Assembly: GCA_951406725.2 (NCBI GenBank)
Contig: OX597814.1
Coordinates: forward strand, 129,394,001-129,458,000
Direction of reading: 5' to 3'
From: Octopus vulgaris
Taxonomy: Eukaryota
Length of the DNA: 64,000 nucleotides
The position numbers and the translations under genes were made by a program. Of the stretch, positions 24,168-37,166 are shown in pieces. The notes beneath the pieces are model-generated. The model saw only the letters and a list, made by a program, of their open reading frames with translations. It did no database searches and had not been told where the DNA came from. Positions within the stretch are counted from its first letter, which is position 1. Every line of letters begins with the position of its first letter.

Positions 24168-24890
24168 CTCTCCCTCAACTTATACCCTAGCATCTTGATA
24201 ATGAAAAGACACATTAGATAATGTAGTCTTAGATCACTATATCAATCTGAAAAATTAGTTACAATGCATTACATTGCAAGGCTATTTTTCAGGCAGGGCT
24301 GACCAGGAGTTAAAGGACAACAGTTACATCACCAGTTAGAAAGGATCTATAAGGCTTATGAGTTCAGCACCTCTTCCCCAGACTAATATATATAAAAATA
24401 TCTGTAAAGCTACCAAGCTTTTGTAAAGGGTGCCAATGTACTTCACTGGATCTAAGAGAATAAAATAAAAATCCACTACTCCCATGGTTTGGAATGGGAG
24501 TTTTTGTTTCTTATTTAGTAAGAATTCTTCCTGGTTACTAATGCCTTCAATTTATCCAAGATCTCTCGACTCATCTGGAAATTTTTTTTATTCATCTCTC
24601 ACTCTCTCTCTCACACACACACACACTTCTGTCAGAATCAACATTAGACATAATATTGGATAACTCTTCTTTGTTTAGCAAATCAAAAATGAAAAACTAC
24701 AATAGAAGCAATGGTGATGGCTAGAAATCATATACGATTGCAGACAGACTTTCTCTTTTTCCTCTCTCTCCCTCTCTCACAGACACACATGCACACATAT
24801 AAATACATTAAGTAAGATAAACAAGACGAAACCCATCCATAGTAAAGTTAAACAAAAAAAATATCTTTATTGATTTCTATGTCCACTTAC

Positions 24891-24954
24891 CCATCGTATT
24901 TGGCAAGATCAGCTTCTTGTAAGTAATCCAAGGCATAGTTTGCCCTGTCTGTTG
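24891..24954 (-). CDS. CERK: Ceramide kinase exon (64 nt, phase 1-2)
   Basis: ttttacAG...GTAAGT. Encodes TTDRANYALDYLQEADLAKYDG and is in frame with both neighbours. Confidence 0.95.
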
Positions 24955-26210
24955 CTGTAAAAGGAAAATAAAGTCAATGTACAGTCATGTGTTTGTGTAC
25001 ATTTATAATACATTATACATAATATATAAAAATTAGGGTATACTGGATGTGTGTATGTGTGTGTGTATGAGTGTAAATAGGGGAAAAGAGTGCTAAGCAA
25101 AGCTGCCAGATACTTAAAATATGACTGTTAATTTACTCAGTAGAACTGTACTAAGTAAATTCAACTTGTTTAAATAGCCGAGTGAGTTTAACGGTATTTT
25201 GATTAGGTTCACTGTAAATTCCTTCACAAATTCACAAACAGCAGGCCATATTACAAAATAATCTAACATGTAGAGACAGACACACATGCATAAAAACATA
25301 AAGAAAGATACAGACACAAAGAAATATACACACACACATGCAAAAGTTTATTACTGATTGAATGTCTTACATTATTAATTGGAGAGGAAATTAAAGATAT
25401 ACAATATGCAAGCAAGGTTTCATAACCAATTAATGATGAAATATTCAGTGCCAAATCATAATTGAAACAAAAGCAATATCTCCTTGCTGATTGGTCAATA
25501 TTTCAATATTTTCTTGGTGCAAATGAACTCAACTGAACTACTAGTTCAAACTGTCTTTCTTTTACTTGTTTCAGTCATTGGACTACGGCCATGCTGGTGC
25601 ACCACCTTAAAGAGTTTGGTCGAATAAAATCAGCCCAGGTACGTATTTTTAAAGCCTAGTACCTATTCTATCAGTCTCTTTTGCTGAATCACAATGTTAT
25701 GTGAATGTAAACAAACCAATACTGGCCGTCAAGTGATCAGGGGAACAAACACAAAACACAAAGACACACACATGTGTGTGTGTATGTGTGTGTGTGTGTC
25801 TAAGTTGAACACAGCACGATTTGAACTCAAAATGTAAAGAGCCACAACAAACATGACAAGGCAAGTTTCTTCCTCACATTCCAATTCTGACAATCCACCA
25901 TTCTTCTATTACACAATAATAATCCATTCTACTAGAGGCACAAGGCTTGAAATTTTGCGTGCAGGGGGTAGTCAATTACATCAACCCCAATACTCAACCC
26001 TGAAAGGATGAAGGGTAAAGCCAACCATGACAGAATCTGAACTCAGAACTTAAAGATGGATGAAATGCTGTTAAGCATTTTCCCAGTGTATCAATGATTC
26101 TGCCAGCTCACCACCTTGTGTTAAACAACAGTAATAAGGATTAATGATGTCATCAAACAAAGTGATAAAAATATAAATTCTACAGAAAAATATAAGAATT
26201 GCCAACTTAC

Positions 26211-26339
26211 TGATAGAATGCACGATAATGTCAGCTAAATCAAACAGTGGAACCACCTTCTCTGCATAAATTTTGGGTCCCTTTTTCTTGCCACCAACAG
26301 GATTGATGAAGACAAGGAGACTCTTGGGCCGACGGAATT
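26211..26339 (-). CDS. CERK: Ceramide kinase exon, start of DAGK-type catalytic domain (129 nt)
   Basis: ttcttttatAG...GTAAGT. Encodes FRRPKSLLVFINPVGGKKKGPKIYAEKVVPLFDLADIIVHSI, the C1 motif of sphingosine/ceramide kinases. Confidence 0.97.
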
Positions 26340-26459
26340 CTATAAAAGAAATAAAAATGGAAAGTGAAAATTAGTTCTCAAGAGGAAATTTAAGTAACTG
26401 TGAACAACATGGAGACCTACACTGTACTCAGCCCTCTGGGATTGACAAAATAAAGTGTA

Positions 26460-26712
26460 TGGCACGTAAAAAGCACCATTCGAGCATGGTCAATGCCAGT
26501 ACCGCCTGACTGCCCCCTGTGCCAGTGGCACAAAAAAAAAAGCACCCACTACACTCTCAGAGTGGTTGGCATTTGGATCAGCATCCAGCTGTGTAAACTT
26601 TGCCAGATCAGACTGAAGCCTGGTGCAGCGTCCTCGCTTGCCAGTCCTTAGTCAAACCGTCCAACCCATGCCAACATGGAAAGCGGACGTTAAATGATGA
26701 TGATGCTGATGA
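26460..26712 (+). mobile_element. RTE tail copy just upstream (gene sense) of the 26339 exon
   Basis: ggcacgtaaaaagcacc...ggaaagcggacgttaaatgatgatgatg. Confidence 0.85.
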
Positions 26713-28599
26713 TATATATACACATACATATAAACGTGTGTGTGTAAATCTTTTGCTGATATGTATCATCAAAAGATGATGTTGATAAAATTGTTAAACT
26801 GGTGCTTTTGAACCAAAATCTTTTCTTTGATATTTATTTCAAATAAGTTACAGACGCTCCCTTGTTACTCTTACCATTGAAAATGCAGTGAACCAAGAAT
26901 TAACCCAATGGAACCTGTATCCAGTCTGAAGAAAGGAAAAAGCTTCCCTTTCCCCAGAGAAATATGAACTCAGAATGGTGTGGGATGAGTGCGTACAAAA
27001 TGAATGAATCATCATTTAACATTCGTTTTCCATGCTGGCATGGGTTGGACAGTTTGACATGTTCTGGTAAGCCACAAGGCTGCACAGAGCCCTAGTGTCA
27101 GCTTGGGCATGTTTTCTACAGTTAGATGCCCTTCCTAATGCCAACCACCTCAGAATGTGTACTGGGTGCTTTTATGATTAATGGAATAAAATTCTTGACC
27201 CAACCAATGAAAAGCTGAATAAATATATGAAAACTTAAAACCAAACCACCACATTAAAAGTTCAACTTAACACAACTTGCCATCAGGAGTCACCTATAGA
27301 TAACAAGAGGAAGTTATCATAAATAACGAATTACATGAACTCTTACAAATATGATACACAAGAATAAGGCCTTGGCTTTTTATAACAGACCAAAACACCG
27401 AGAACAGTTATTCCAGTTATGAGAGAAAGATAAATGAAATTCTAAGATGTTCCAGTTTTGTTCCAAAAGAAGTTATGTGAAATGAAAGCATCTGGGAATT
27501 GGAAAGACAAGTTGCAAAAGTCAGCTCTTGAGGTGCTGACCTCTGCTCTTTTAACATTCTATTCGTATGTATGGAATGAATATTTATAGACATAACTGTA
27601 ATCTTTTGATACATTGATATCTATATCTTGTTCTCTCATTACTCCTGACAAAAACTGCAGACTGCATACACACACAAACACGCACACAAGCATACACACT
27701 CACATAATGTATGTACATATATTGCATGTACGGCGCTAATTTGAAGTCTCATGACGAATACAGCTGAGAGTAATTAAGTGCAAGTTATAAATGGATCAAC
27801 AGTAGCTAGAGTAAGTTAAGGCTGATGAAAGAGAGAAGTCTTGATGAAACTGAGATGGTTAAGAAATATTTCAGTTGTCAGGACTGTTTCATGTTTTTCT
27901 ATCTTTTTCAATTTTCTTTTGTTTTTGTTTTTTTTTTTCATAATCATGACTAATCAGCCAGGCTTCACTTATCTAAATATTCAGATGCCATACACATAAA
28001 ATAACAAAAAAAAATTTAAAAAAAAAAAAAAAAAGGCAGTTAAGTTAGTGTTAACATATTTGATGCAGGAAGCATTGTAACCCTGACTGAAAAACCTACC
28101 TTCTTGAAATTTACTCAATGATTCATTCTCTAATTACAGTTTTAGTCAGTTTCGGGAAATCTACACTTGACTGAGAAAGTTTTAATAACCAAAACATATC
28201 CAGTGTTGTCTCACATACATAGCAAAATAATTAAAATCATATTAGTTGATGTGTAATATTGTTTTTATTTTCCCTCACCATTAAGTTTTCTAGTTAGTTT
28301 TTTTAGCACTCACCGTGTCTCTCTCTGTATTAAATATGTTAACACTAATTAATGAGAATTTTTAATGTGTATTAAGGTAAATTGATTAGGCTTTTATTAG
28401 CCAACACTGTGAGACTTTAATATAAACAAATGCCTATTGAAATTTCAATTAATAACAACTGCTATTTTTAATTAACAATTAATTCAATAATCACACACAG
28501 ACATATTATGGACTCCTCTTTAAAGAGTTCTCCTGTCATAAACAACAGATGGGAGTTCCACAACTTTTTGCTGAATAACCTGCACATAGTGATCATATG

Positions 28600-29002
28600 A
28601 GGCACAGGTGTGGCTGTGTGGTAAGTAGCTCGCTTACCAACCACATGGCTCCGGGTTCAGTCCCATTGTTTGGCACCTTGGGCAAGTGTCTTCTACTATA
28701 GTCTCGGGCCGACTAAAGCCTTGTGAGTGGATTTGGTAGACGGAAACTGAAAGAAGTCCGTCGTATATGTGTGTATATATATGTATATGTATGTTTGTGT
28801 GTCTGTGTTTGTCCCTACAACATCGCTTGACAACTGATGCTGGTGTGTTTATGTCCCTGTAACTTAGCGGTTCAGCAAGAGAGACCAATACAATAAGTAC
28901 TAGGCTTACAAAGAATAAGTCCTGGGGTCGATTTACTCGACTAAAAGGTGGTGTTCCAGCATGGTCACAGTCAAATGATTGAAATAAGTAAAAGAGTAAA
29001 AG
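28600..29002 (+). mobile_element. SINE family A, full length
   Basis: ggtgtggctgtgtggtaag...ggttcagtccc...gtaaaagagtaaaag. Confidence 0.85.
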
Positions 29003-29834
29003 CGATGTTTGTGTAGTAATGTTAGCTCACTTTCTTCTATCAAATTGACATCAGTGGTACAGGTGCCCAGTGCACAACATATCACTGTGATTGCAGAGCG
29101 ACATGAAAGGAAGTGTTTTGCACACTGCTTGGTCCAGGAATTGAAACCACAATCCTAACTACTAGGCCAAACACCTCCACTATGCGCGCATGTGTGTGTT
29201 TGTGTGTGCACGCAAAGATGACAAATCAGATAGAATACGTACTAGGCTTACAAAGAATAAGTCCTGAGGACAATTTGCTAAACTAAAGGTGGTGATCCAG
29301 CATGGCCACAGTCAAATGACTGAAACAAGTAAAAGAGTAAAGAGTATAACCCATGCACTGAGAAATCTTGCACTTTGCTGTATTCAAGAAGACCCATCCT
29401 CCACAGTAGAATTGTTAATACCACCCCCACTGCTGAATAGCATTGGCCTGCAAAGAGCCCTGTACTGGTATCACATAAAAAAGTGCCCAGCACTCTGTAA
29501 AGTGGTTGCCATTATGAAGGTCATCTAGCTGTAGGCACCAAACCAAATCAGACTGGAGCCTGGTAGACTGTCCAACCCATGCCAGCATAGAAAACAGACA
29601 TTAAATGATGATGATGATGATGATATAATTTAGAATTAGCAATTATAAAATTGAACTTAAAATCAAGCACTGAGAAACCTCCTTAAATTGGATCTTGGGA
29701 CCAAAATCAACTCTTGTAAAAGAAAAAATTTGCTACAGTTGTCTTAAGACATCAGTTAATCAGATAACTGATAACAGTTGTTTGTATGTACATCTGTTAA
29801 TGTTCTTCAGTGAAAACTCTATTTTATGATATTA

Positions 29835-30927
29835 CTAGCATTAAAGACCCGTCGTTGCTGGGTCATAGTGCTAGTGCATGTATATATGTGTACATATTAC
29901 ATGTACATCTATATATATATACATCTACACATAAAATACAAAATACAAAGTTATATCTTGATATTGCTAGTGATAACAATACTCAAAATATATAACAGAC
30001 TGGAATTGTTAGCCCATCTCTTGTAATTTCGATCAATTGTATCTTGTCCTCCCTCTTGTATAGAAGTGTGGCTACAATCCAACAGCTGCAGCGAAATTCA
30101 TTTTTGGACTTTCTTCTATAGAAGACATTTTAACAAAAATACTTCCGTGTAAACGGTGAAAATATTGTCAATTTCCCCAAACAGGGACACAATTCAATTT
30201 TTAAACAATAACCAAAGGGGGAGGGTTACGGTTTATAATTATTTAACAAATGCAACACAACAACGCTTCCCTTACGAGGAACCAACAAACGTGATAACAA
30301 TAGTTAAACAGAAATAATAATAACAACAAACCTTACGGTAAACCAAAAAGCAGTACTTGTTGAAGCTATAGGCCTTTATGGATCAGAAATAAACTAACAG
30401 CAGTACTCAGTAGAATGCTTAATGCTAGCTAATTAGCAAATCATCTAATGTAAAAGCCGTGCACACCTCCATCTGGACTATTCCATTTCTGCACTTAATT
30501 TTATTTTTTATTTATTCCCATTCATGTGAAACCACTGATTCAAGTTCAAGTCATTGATGCAATTTTATACCAATTGCTATTTTTACTTTTGTTATGTTAC
30601 GATAATATTATACTTTAGTTTGATTTTAATTATTACTTACTACATATAATTCAATTGTTATTATTATTTTTATTGTTAAAGTGAAAGTATCTGACATAAA
30701 ATAGAAAAATGTTTTCATTTTTAACACGTAATACTGAAATAGTGGAGAAGATATGATATTGCTATGGGCTCGCTCTAGGCAAGAAGTTGAACATTTTTTT
30801 TGCCCATGGAAAAACATGGACCCTAAGTAAGGCATGTGTAAAATTTGAATGAAATTGGTTGTGTAGTTCTCAAGTTTTAGGGAAACAGACAGACAGACAC
30901 ACATTCTCAGTTTTATATATATAAAGA
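29835..30927 (-). mobile_element. Non-autonomous Helitron (~1.1 kb)
   Basis: 5' TCTTTATATATATAAAAC at 30927; 3' hairpin gacccgtcgttgctgggtc plus CTAG at 29835; A|T target. That the two ends belong to one element is inferred. Confidence 0.7.
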
Positions 30928-30944
30928 TTACCAGTGTATGGGTT

Positions 30945-31340
30945 ATACTCTTTACTTTTTTACTTGTTTCAGTCATTTGACTGTGGCCATGCTGGAGCAC
31001 ACCCTTTAATCGAGCATATCGACCCCAGGACCTATTTTTTGTAAGCCTAGGACATATTCTATCTGTCTCTTTTGCCGAACCGCTAAGTTACAGGGACGTA
31101 AACACACCAGCATCAGTTGTCAAGTGATGTTGGGGGGACACACACAAACACACACAAACACACACATATACATATATAGGACGGGCTTCTTTTCAGTTTC
31201 TGTCTACCAAATTCACTCACTAGGCTTTGGTCAGCCCAAGGCTATAGCAGAAGACACTTGCCCAAGGCGCCAAACAGTGGGACTGAACCCGGAACCATGT
31301 GGTTGGGAAGCTTTTTACCACATAGCCACTCCTACGCCTA
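30945..31340 (-). mobile_element. SINE family A, full length
   Basis: Reverse-complement copy. Confidence 0.85.
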
Positions 31341-32126
31341 TGTTGTTTTTGTTTTGTTTTGTCAGGCTTAAATTAGTCTTCATGAGGCACATATATGAGA
31401 TTAAGGACATTCCAGTTGTGAACATCCAGTCATTTCTCAAGACAGAGTACACATAAGATTACACTATTAAATATGTCCTTCTATTTCTATATTGGCTGGA
31501 TGTAATTTGAGGAAGATTTAGCTGCTATTTCAAATAAGTGGCCACAGAATTTCTCTCCTTGTTATATATGTTGTTATTTAGTCACAGGTCAGCCCTGATC
31601 ACAGAAACTTATGATCAAAAGCATTTCCAGATTTGACCACCGTGTCTTTTCTCCGAGGCACATGTATAGGGACTACATAATCCAACTGATATTTCATTTA
31701 GAAAATTGTAGGGTGTTATTTAGATGTGATCTGGTTGCTATTTCTAGCAAGCTGGTGAACTATAGGTTCTCCTATGTGGACTTATATTACCCTATGTACT
31801 CCTTATCTATAGCATAATTCTGCTCCAATCTATGTAACACTTTAAACAAACACTATCTTAACAATGAAACAAAATTGATGATATAATCTTATTAATGCAC
31901 AACATTTCTTTATTTGTCAGACAACTGACAGATAAACTACAGAAGGAAATCAAAGATATAATTTATTATAGACACAAAAACATTGACTGTAAAACACCTA
32001 TCATTATCATCATCAACATTTAACATTCATTTTCCATGCTGGCAGGGGCTAGGTGGCTTTACAGGAACTGGCAAGGCCTGGGGCCACACCAGACTTACAA
32101 ATGGGTATTTTAAATTAAGTTTGAAC

Positions 32127-32359
32127 AGGCATCGAGCTGGCAGAAACGTTGGTTCCCCGGGCGAAATACTTAACGGTATTTCGTCTGTCATTACATTGTG
32201 AGTTCAAATTCCGCTGAGGTCGACTTTGCCTTTCATCCTTTCGGGGGTCGATAAATTAAGTACCAGTTACGCACTGGGGTCGATGTAATCGACTTAATAC
32301 CTATGTCTGTACTTGTTTATCCCCTCTATGTTTAGCCCCTTGTGGGTAATAAAGAAATA
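32127..32359 (+). mobile_element. SINE family B with 21-bp TSD
   Basis: TSD ggtattttaaattaagtttga at 32104-32124 and 32360-32380. Body contains gcctttcatcctttcgggggtcgataaattaagtaccag. Confidence 0.9.
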
Positions 32360-34209
32360 GGTATTTTAAATTAAGTTTGACATATATCACCATCATCTTT
32401 GTTTAAACATCTGCTTTTCCAAGTTTGCATGGGTTAGGTGCAGTTTGTTGAGGCAGATTTTTTATAACCGGATACCCTTCCTGTCACCAACCTTCACTTG
32501 TTTCCAGGCAAGGTAATATTTCCTCACAACAGGACATGTTTTCACAGGGGTTTGGAAACAAACAATATTGCTTGTATAGTGGCAACATGCTTTTACAACA
32601 ACCACATGATGTCAAAACAAGGAGATACAAAGACATCCAAGCATATGTGCACACACAGATATATGTGTGTGATGGGCTTTTTCTTCAGCTTGTCATTTAA
32701 ATCCATCCACAAGGCTTTGGATGGCCTAGGACTATGACAAGACAGGAAGACACACACACACATATATACACAATGGGCAGCTTTCAGTTTTAATCTACCA
32801 AATCTACTCACAAGAATTTGGTTGGCCAGGGCTGTAGGTGTCAAAGGTGTCAAACAGCGGAGTTGAATCCCAAACCATATAGTTGGAGAAAAACTTCTAA
32901 ACCACACAACTAAGCTTGCACCTACATATTACCAACATATCTATCTATATTCCACAGATCAGCAGGGTAGCTACAGTACTTTATTCACAGGGGTTTAAGT
33001 TCACACATCCACTTTTCTCCAATATGAAAATAAAAGACGTAAAATTTATTGAAGTCTTATCAACATGATAATACCATAGATAGTATATGTCTCTGATTTT
33101 GTTTCATAGTTGTATATATTTTAAGCATTTTCCTACATACATTATTCTGTGAAAACCATTTCATTGATTTTAATCACGGTCAGTTATATGAAGCTCTTTC
33201 CAGACAGTGTTCACTTCTTCATGTAAAGATAGAATAGAATGAAAGGCTGAAGAGAAGATTACAGCATAATAATCCTTTCTACTATAGGCACAAGGCCTGA
33301 AATTTTGGGAGAGATATATTGACCCCAGTATACAACTGGTATGTATTTTATCAATTCCCAAAGGATGAAAGGCAAAGTCGATCATAGCAGCATTCAAACA
33401 CAGAAGATAAAACCAGAAGAAATACCACTAAACACTTTGTCCAGCATTGCCAGCTCACCGCCATACAGTTTGCCACCATACTGATGCATAATAATGAAGA
33501 CACTTTTGAAAGATGATGTTCTCTCCTTTGACTGCAACTTCTTAGCTCTGTAGACTACCATCTCATGCAATAAATGCTTCAAACAAAAGCAAATGAAAAT
33601 CAATTTCCGAAGAAATTATGTAGTCCATTGTTCTCTGTTATTTTTCGACAGTCTCATAGTTTTCAAAATAACCATAGAATTTCCACAAGTACAGCTAGTT
33701 ATGCTTTATATGTTATTTCAGTTTCATCATCATCATCATTTAACGTCTGTTGTCCATGCTGGCATGGGTTGGAAGGTTTGACCAGGGTTGGTAAGCTGGA
33801 GGCTGCACAAGACTTCAGTTTGATTTGGCATGGTTTTCTATGGCTGGATGCTCTTCTCAATGCCAACCACTCCAAGAATGTAATGGGTGCTTTTACATGA
33901 CACTGGGGTGTATTTACATGCCATCAGCATGGGTGCCAATTTGCGAGAAACTGGTATCTGCCATGACTGTGATTTTGCTCGGCTTGATGGGTCTTGTTCT
34001 CGAGCATGACATAATGCCAAAGGTCTTGGTCACTGCCCGAAATCTATTCCCAAAGCTTTGGTCAGTTATACTATGAGACACTTGCCCCAGGTATCACACA
34101 TTGGGACTGGAAACATGGTTGGACAGCAAACTTCTCAACCACAGAGCCACATGTATTTATTCTTTCCAGGGTACAGTGTGTATGCGTGTGCTTATTTACC
34201 TTCTACAAA

Positions 34210-34590
34210 ATACTCTTTTACTTGTTTCAGTCATTTGACTGTGGCCATGCCGGAGCACCGCCTTTAGTCGAGCAAATCAACCCCAGGACTTATTCTTTTT
34301 AAGCCTAGTACTTATTCTTAGCCAAACCGCTAAGTTACAGAGACATAAACACACCAGCATTGGTTGTCAAGTGATGTTTGGGGGACAAACACAGACACAC
34401 AAACATATACACACACATACATATATGTATACATACATACGATGGGCTTCTTTCAGTTTCTGTGTACCAAATCCATTCATAAGGCTTTGGTCGGCCCAAG
34501 GCAATAGTAGAAGACACTTGCACAAGGTGCCATGCAGTGGGACTGAATCTGTGTGGTAACCTACTTACCACACAGCCACTCCTACGCCTA
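34210..34590 (-). mobile_element. SINE family A
   Basis: Reverse-complement copy with small internal deletions. Confidence 0.85.
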
Positions 34591-35600
34591 TTAAGATTAT
34601 TGTTATCAACATCATCATCAACTTTTAAATCTGCTTTTTTCATGCAAGCATGACTTAGACAAGATTTCTTAAAGTAGTATTCAATAGTTGGATGTCCTTC
34701 CTAATGCCAACCCCAACAGGTTTTCAAAGAGGTACTGTATTCTAACGGTTTTCACAAATCAAATACCAAGCAAGATATTTTATTTATAGGGGACATAAAT
34801 AAACATCACCATTGCCCAAGTAATCTCAATGCAAAAACATAAGACAAACAGATGCACATACACATTTATATGAAGGCTTCCATACAGTTTCCTTCAACGA
34901 AATTTCACTCAAAGCATTGGTGCTAAGCACAGAGATTGAACCTGAAATGATACATTTGCAAAGTGAACTTTCTAACTACACAGCCATGCCCTATGTTGTT
35001 ATATGTTTCTGATTTATGTGCCTTCTATATGAGAGTGTGTGGATCAAGGTAGATGTGTGTTTACTAGTTATTTATCTTTTGTGTGCATGCATGTATCACA
35101 TTCAACATGCATGTGTTACTTATGTATGCTCTATGATTTCAAGTATGTGTGTGTGTGTGTGTATCACAAACACAGGAGAAAAGCTGTGAAAGCAGCTTAG
35201 AGGATCAGGTAAAATATCCTAATACACTATAAGGCTTATTCTACCCTATCCCCTAAGCTATTTTCTCAGCTGTTGTCCTACATTGGGGATTTCCTCCATT
35301 TCTAAAATACCAATCATTCAATGCTTCAAAAATTGCTTATAAAATATTCAGTGGCCATACTGGAGCACCGTCTTAAAGGGTTTTAGTCGAAGAAATCAAC
35401 CCCAGGACATATTCCTTTTAAGCCTAGTACTTATTCTATCAGTCTCTTGCCAAACCTCTAAGTTACAGGGACGTAAACACACCATCAGTTGTGAAGCGAT
35501 GGTGGGTGGACAAACACAGACACACATAAACATGCACATATATACATATACGACAGGCTTCTTTCAGTTTCCATCTACCAAATCCACTCACCCTATATAT

Positions 35601-35815
35601 ATGATGGTTGCCAACTCGACTTCAAGTAGAGCCAATTCCTTGATTTCTTTAGGCCCTAGAATATCATCAATGAGCTGCACAAATATGGCTCTTGAGGCCT
35701 ACCAAAGACTTGCATGCTTTTTGACAATTAGTGCAAGAAAACTTGGTGATTGTTTAGTTTACAGCTCCATGAACTTTACTATGCCTTTTCAAGCCACTCT
35801 TTGATCTGCATACTT
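35601..35815 (-). mobile_element. LINE 3' fragment with C2H2 zinc-finger remnants (RTE-like C-terminus)
   Basis: The minus strand reads RSKSGLKRHSKVH...FSCTNCQKACKSLVGLKSH with an internal stop, then a short UTR next to (TA)n. It interrupts a family-A SINE. Confidence 0.6.
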
Positions 35816-37009
35816 AATGACAGAGTATGCATTTGAAATCATCGAAATCATTTATAATCAATGTGTGATCTCATATGGCTTTTTAGCCCAGCCTTACTAA
35901 GACAAATCTTTCCACATTCATCACATGTAAGATCATCACGTTCATTAATACTCATTAGAACATCATTCCTGTCACTTTTCTCCTCTTTCTTTTGATCTTT
36001 GTATGCTCCACTCTCTTCCTTTTAAATTCATCTAATTCATATATATACACACACATACATAAGGATAAGCATATTAAAAGGGGTCCATGGGAAAACTCAT
36101 TTAAATAAAAGGAGTGGGATCCACTGTGAAACGGTTAGGAACCAACGCTATAGTAGAAGACACTAGCCCAAGGTGCCACATAGTGGGATTGAACCCAGAA
36201 ATAGGAATGAGAAGCAAGCTTCTTACCACACAGCCACATCATCGATCATTTTGTAATATATTTGTTGCTATAAAGCATTAAATCATTATTGTACCTTCGG
36301 CTGTAATGAGATTTTCATAGTAAAAGTATAATATTGATTTATTGAAACAAATTCACTTATTGGTCAGCAATGCATCCTAAATTAATGAGATTCACCAGTT
36401 GAAACAGATTTGAAGAAAATTAACCAAAGATAAAGGGCAGGGTTGAGATTAAGACAAAAAAAAAATAATACATATAAATAATTTGTATCAATATACACTA
36501 CAAAGTAGAATTCCAATTATTGTATTATTGTTAAAAGTTTGATTGAAATGTTCTGTGAAAGAGTCATCTCTAAGACATCTAATCAATTTAATCAATTATA
36601 ATGGCTATATTCTAGAGAAAAACCCAATTTTTTTAAAGGTCAATTCATGAACTTTTGAATGGCTAATCCAGAATGTAAACAATGGGGGGGGGGGGGGGCA
36701 CAGACAGGAGTATAGTTAAGTTTGCTTCAGACCATGGGGTCTTGAGTTCAGCCTCACAACATGGCACCATATGCAAGTGTCTCCTACTATCGCCCTTGAC
36801 CAACCAAAGTCTTATGGCTGTATTTGACAGACAGAAACTGAAAGAAGCCTGTTGTGTGTGTATATATATATATAAGAGATAATGGTGTCATTGAGATCCA
36901 TAGGTGTCAGGTAATACTGAATAAGTGCTATAGACAGACCATAGTTAAGTTCCAGATTCGGTAATATTGTGAATAAAGGATTCAAAGTTGGTTCTATGTC
37001 AGCGTGTGT

Positions 37010-37166
37010 ATATAAGAATTTTTTGTGTAATAAGATAAAAAACCAAGGCTGTATAGATATTAGAGCATTTATAGATACAAGGTCTTAGCTGTAAGACCTA
37101 TCTATAAATGCTCTAATATCTATACAGCCTTGGTTTTTTATCTTATTACGCTAAAAATTCTTATAT
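37010..37166. repeat. Fold-back element F3 inside the microsatellite of a SINE
   Basis: ~68-bp arms 37010-37077 / 37099-37166 and an apical hairpin ggtctta-gctg-taagacc. Confidence 0.88.
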
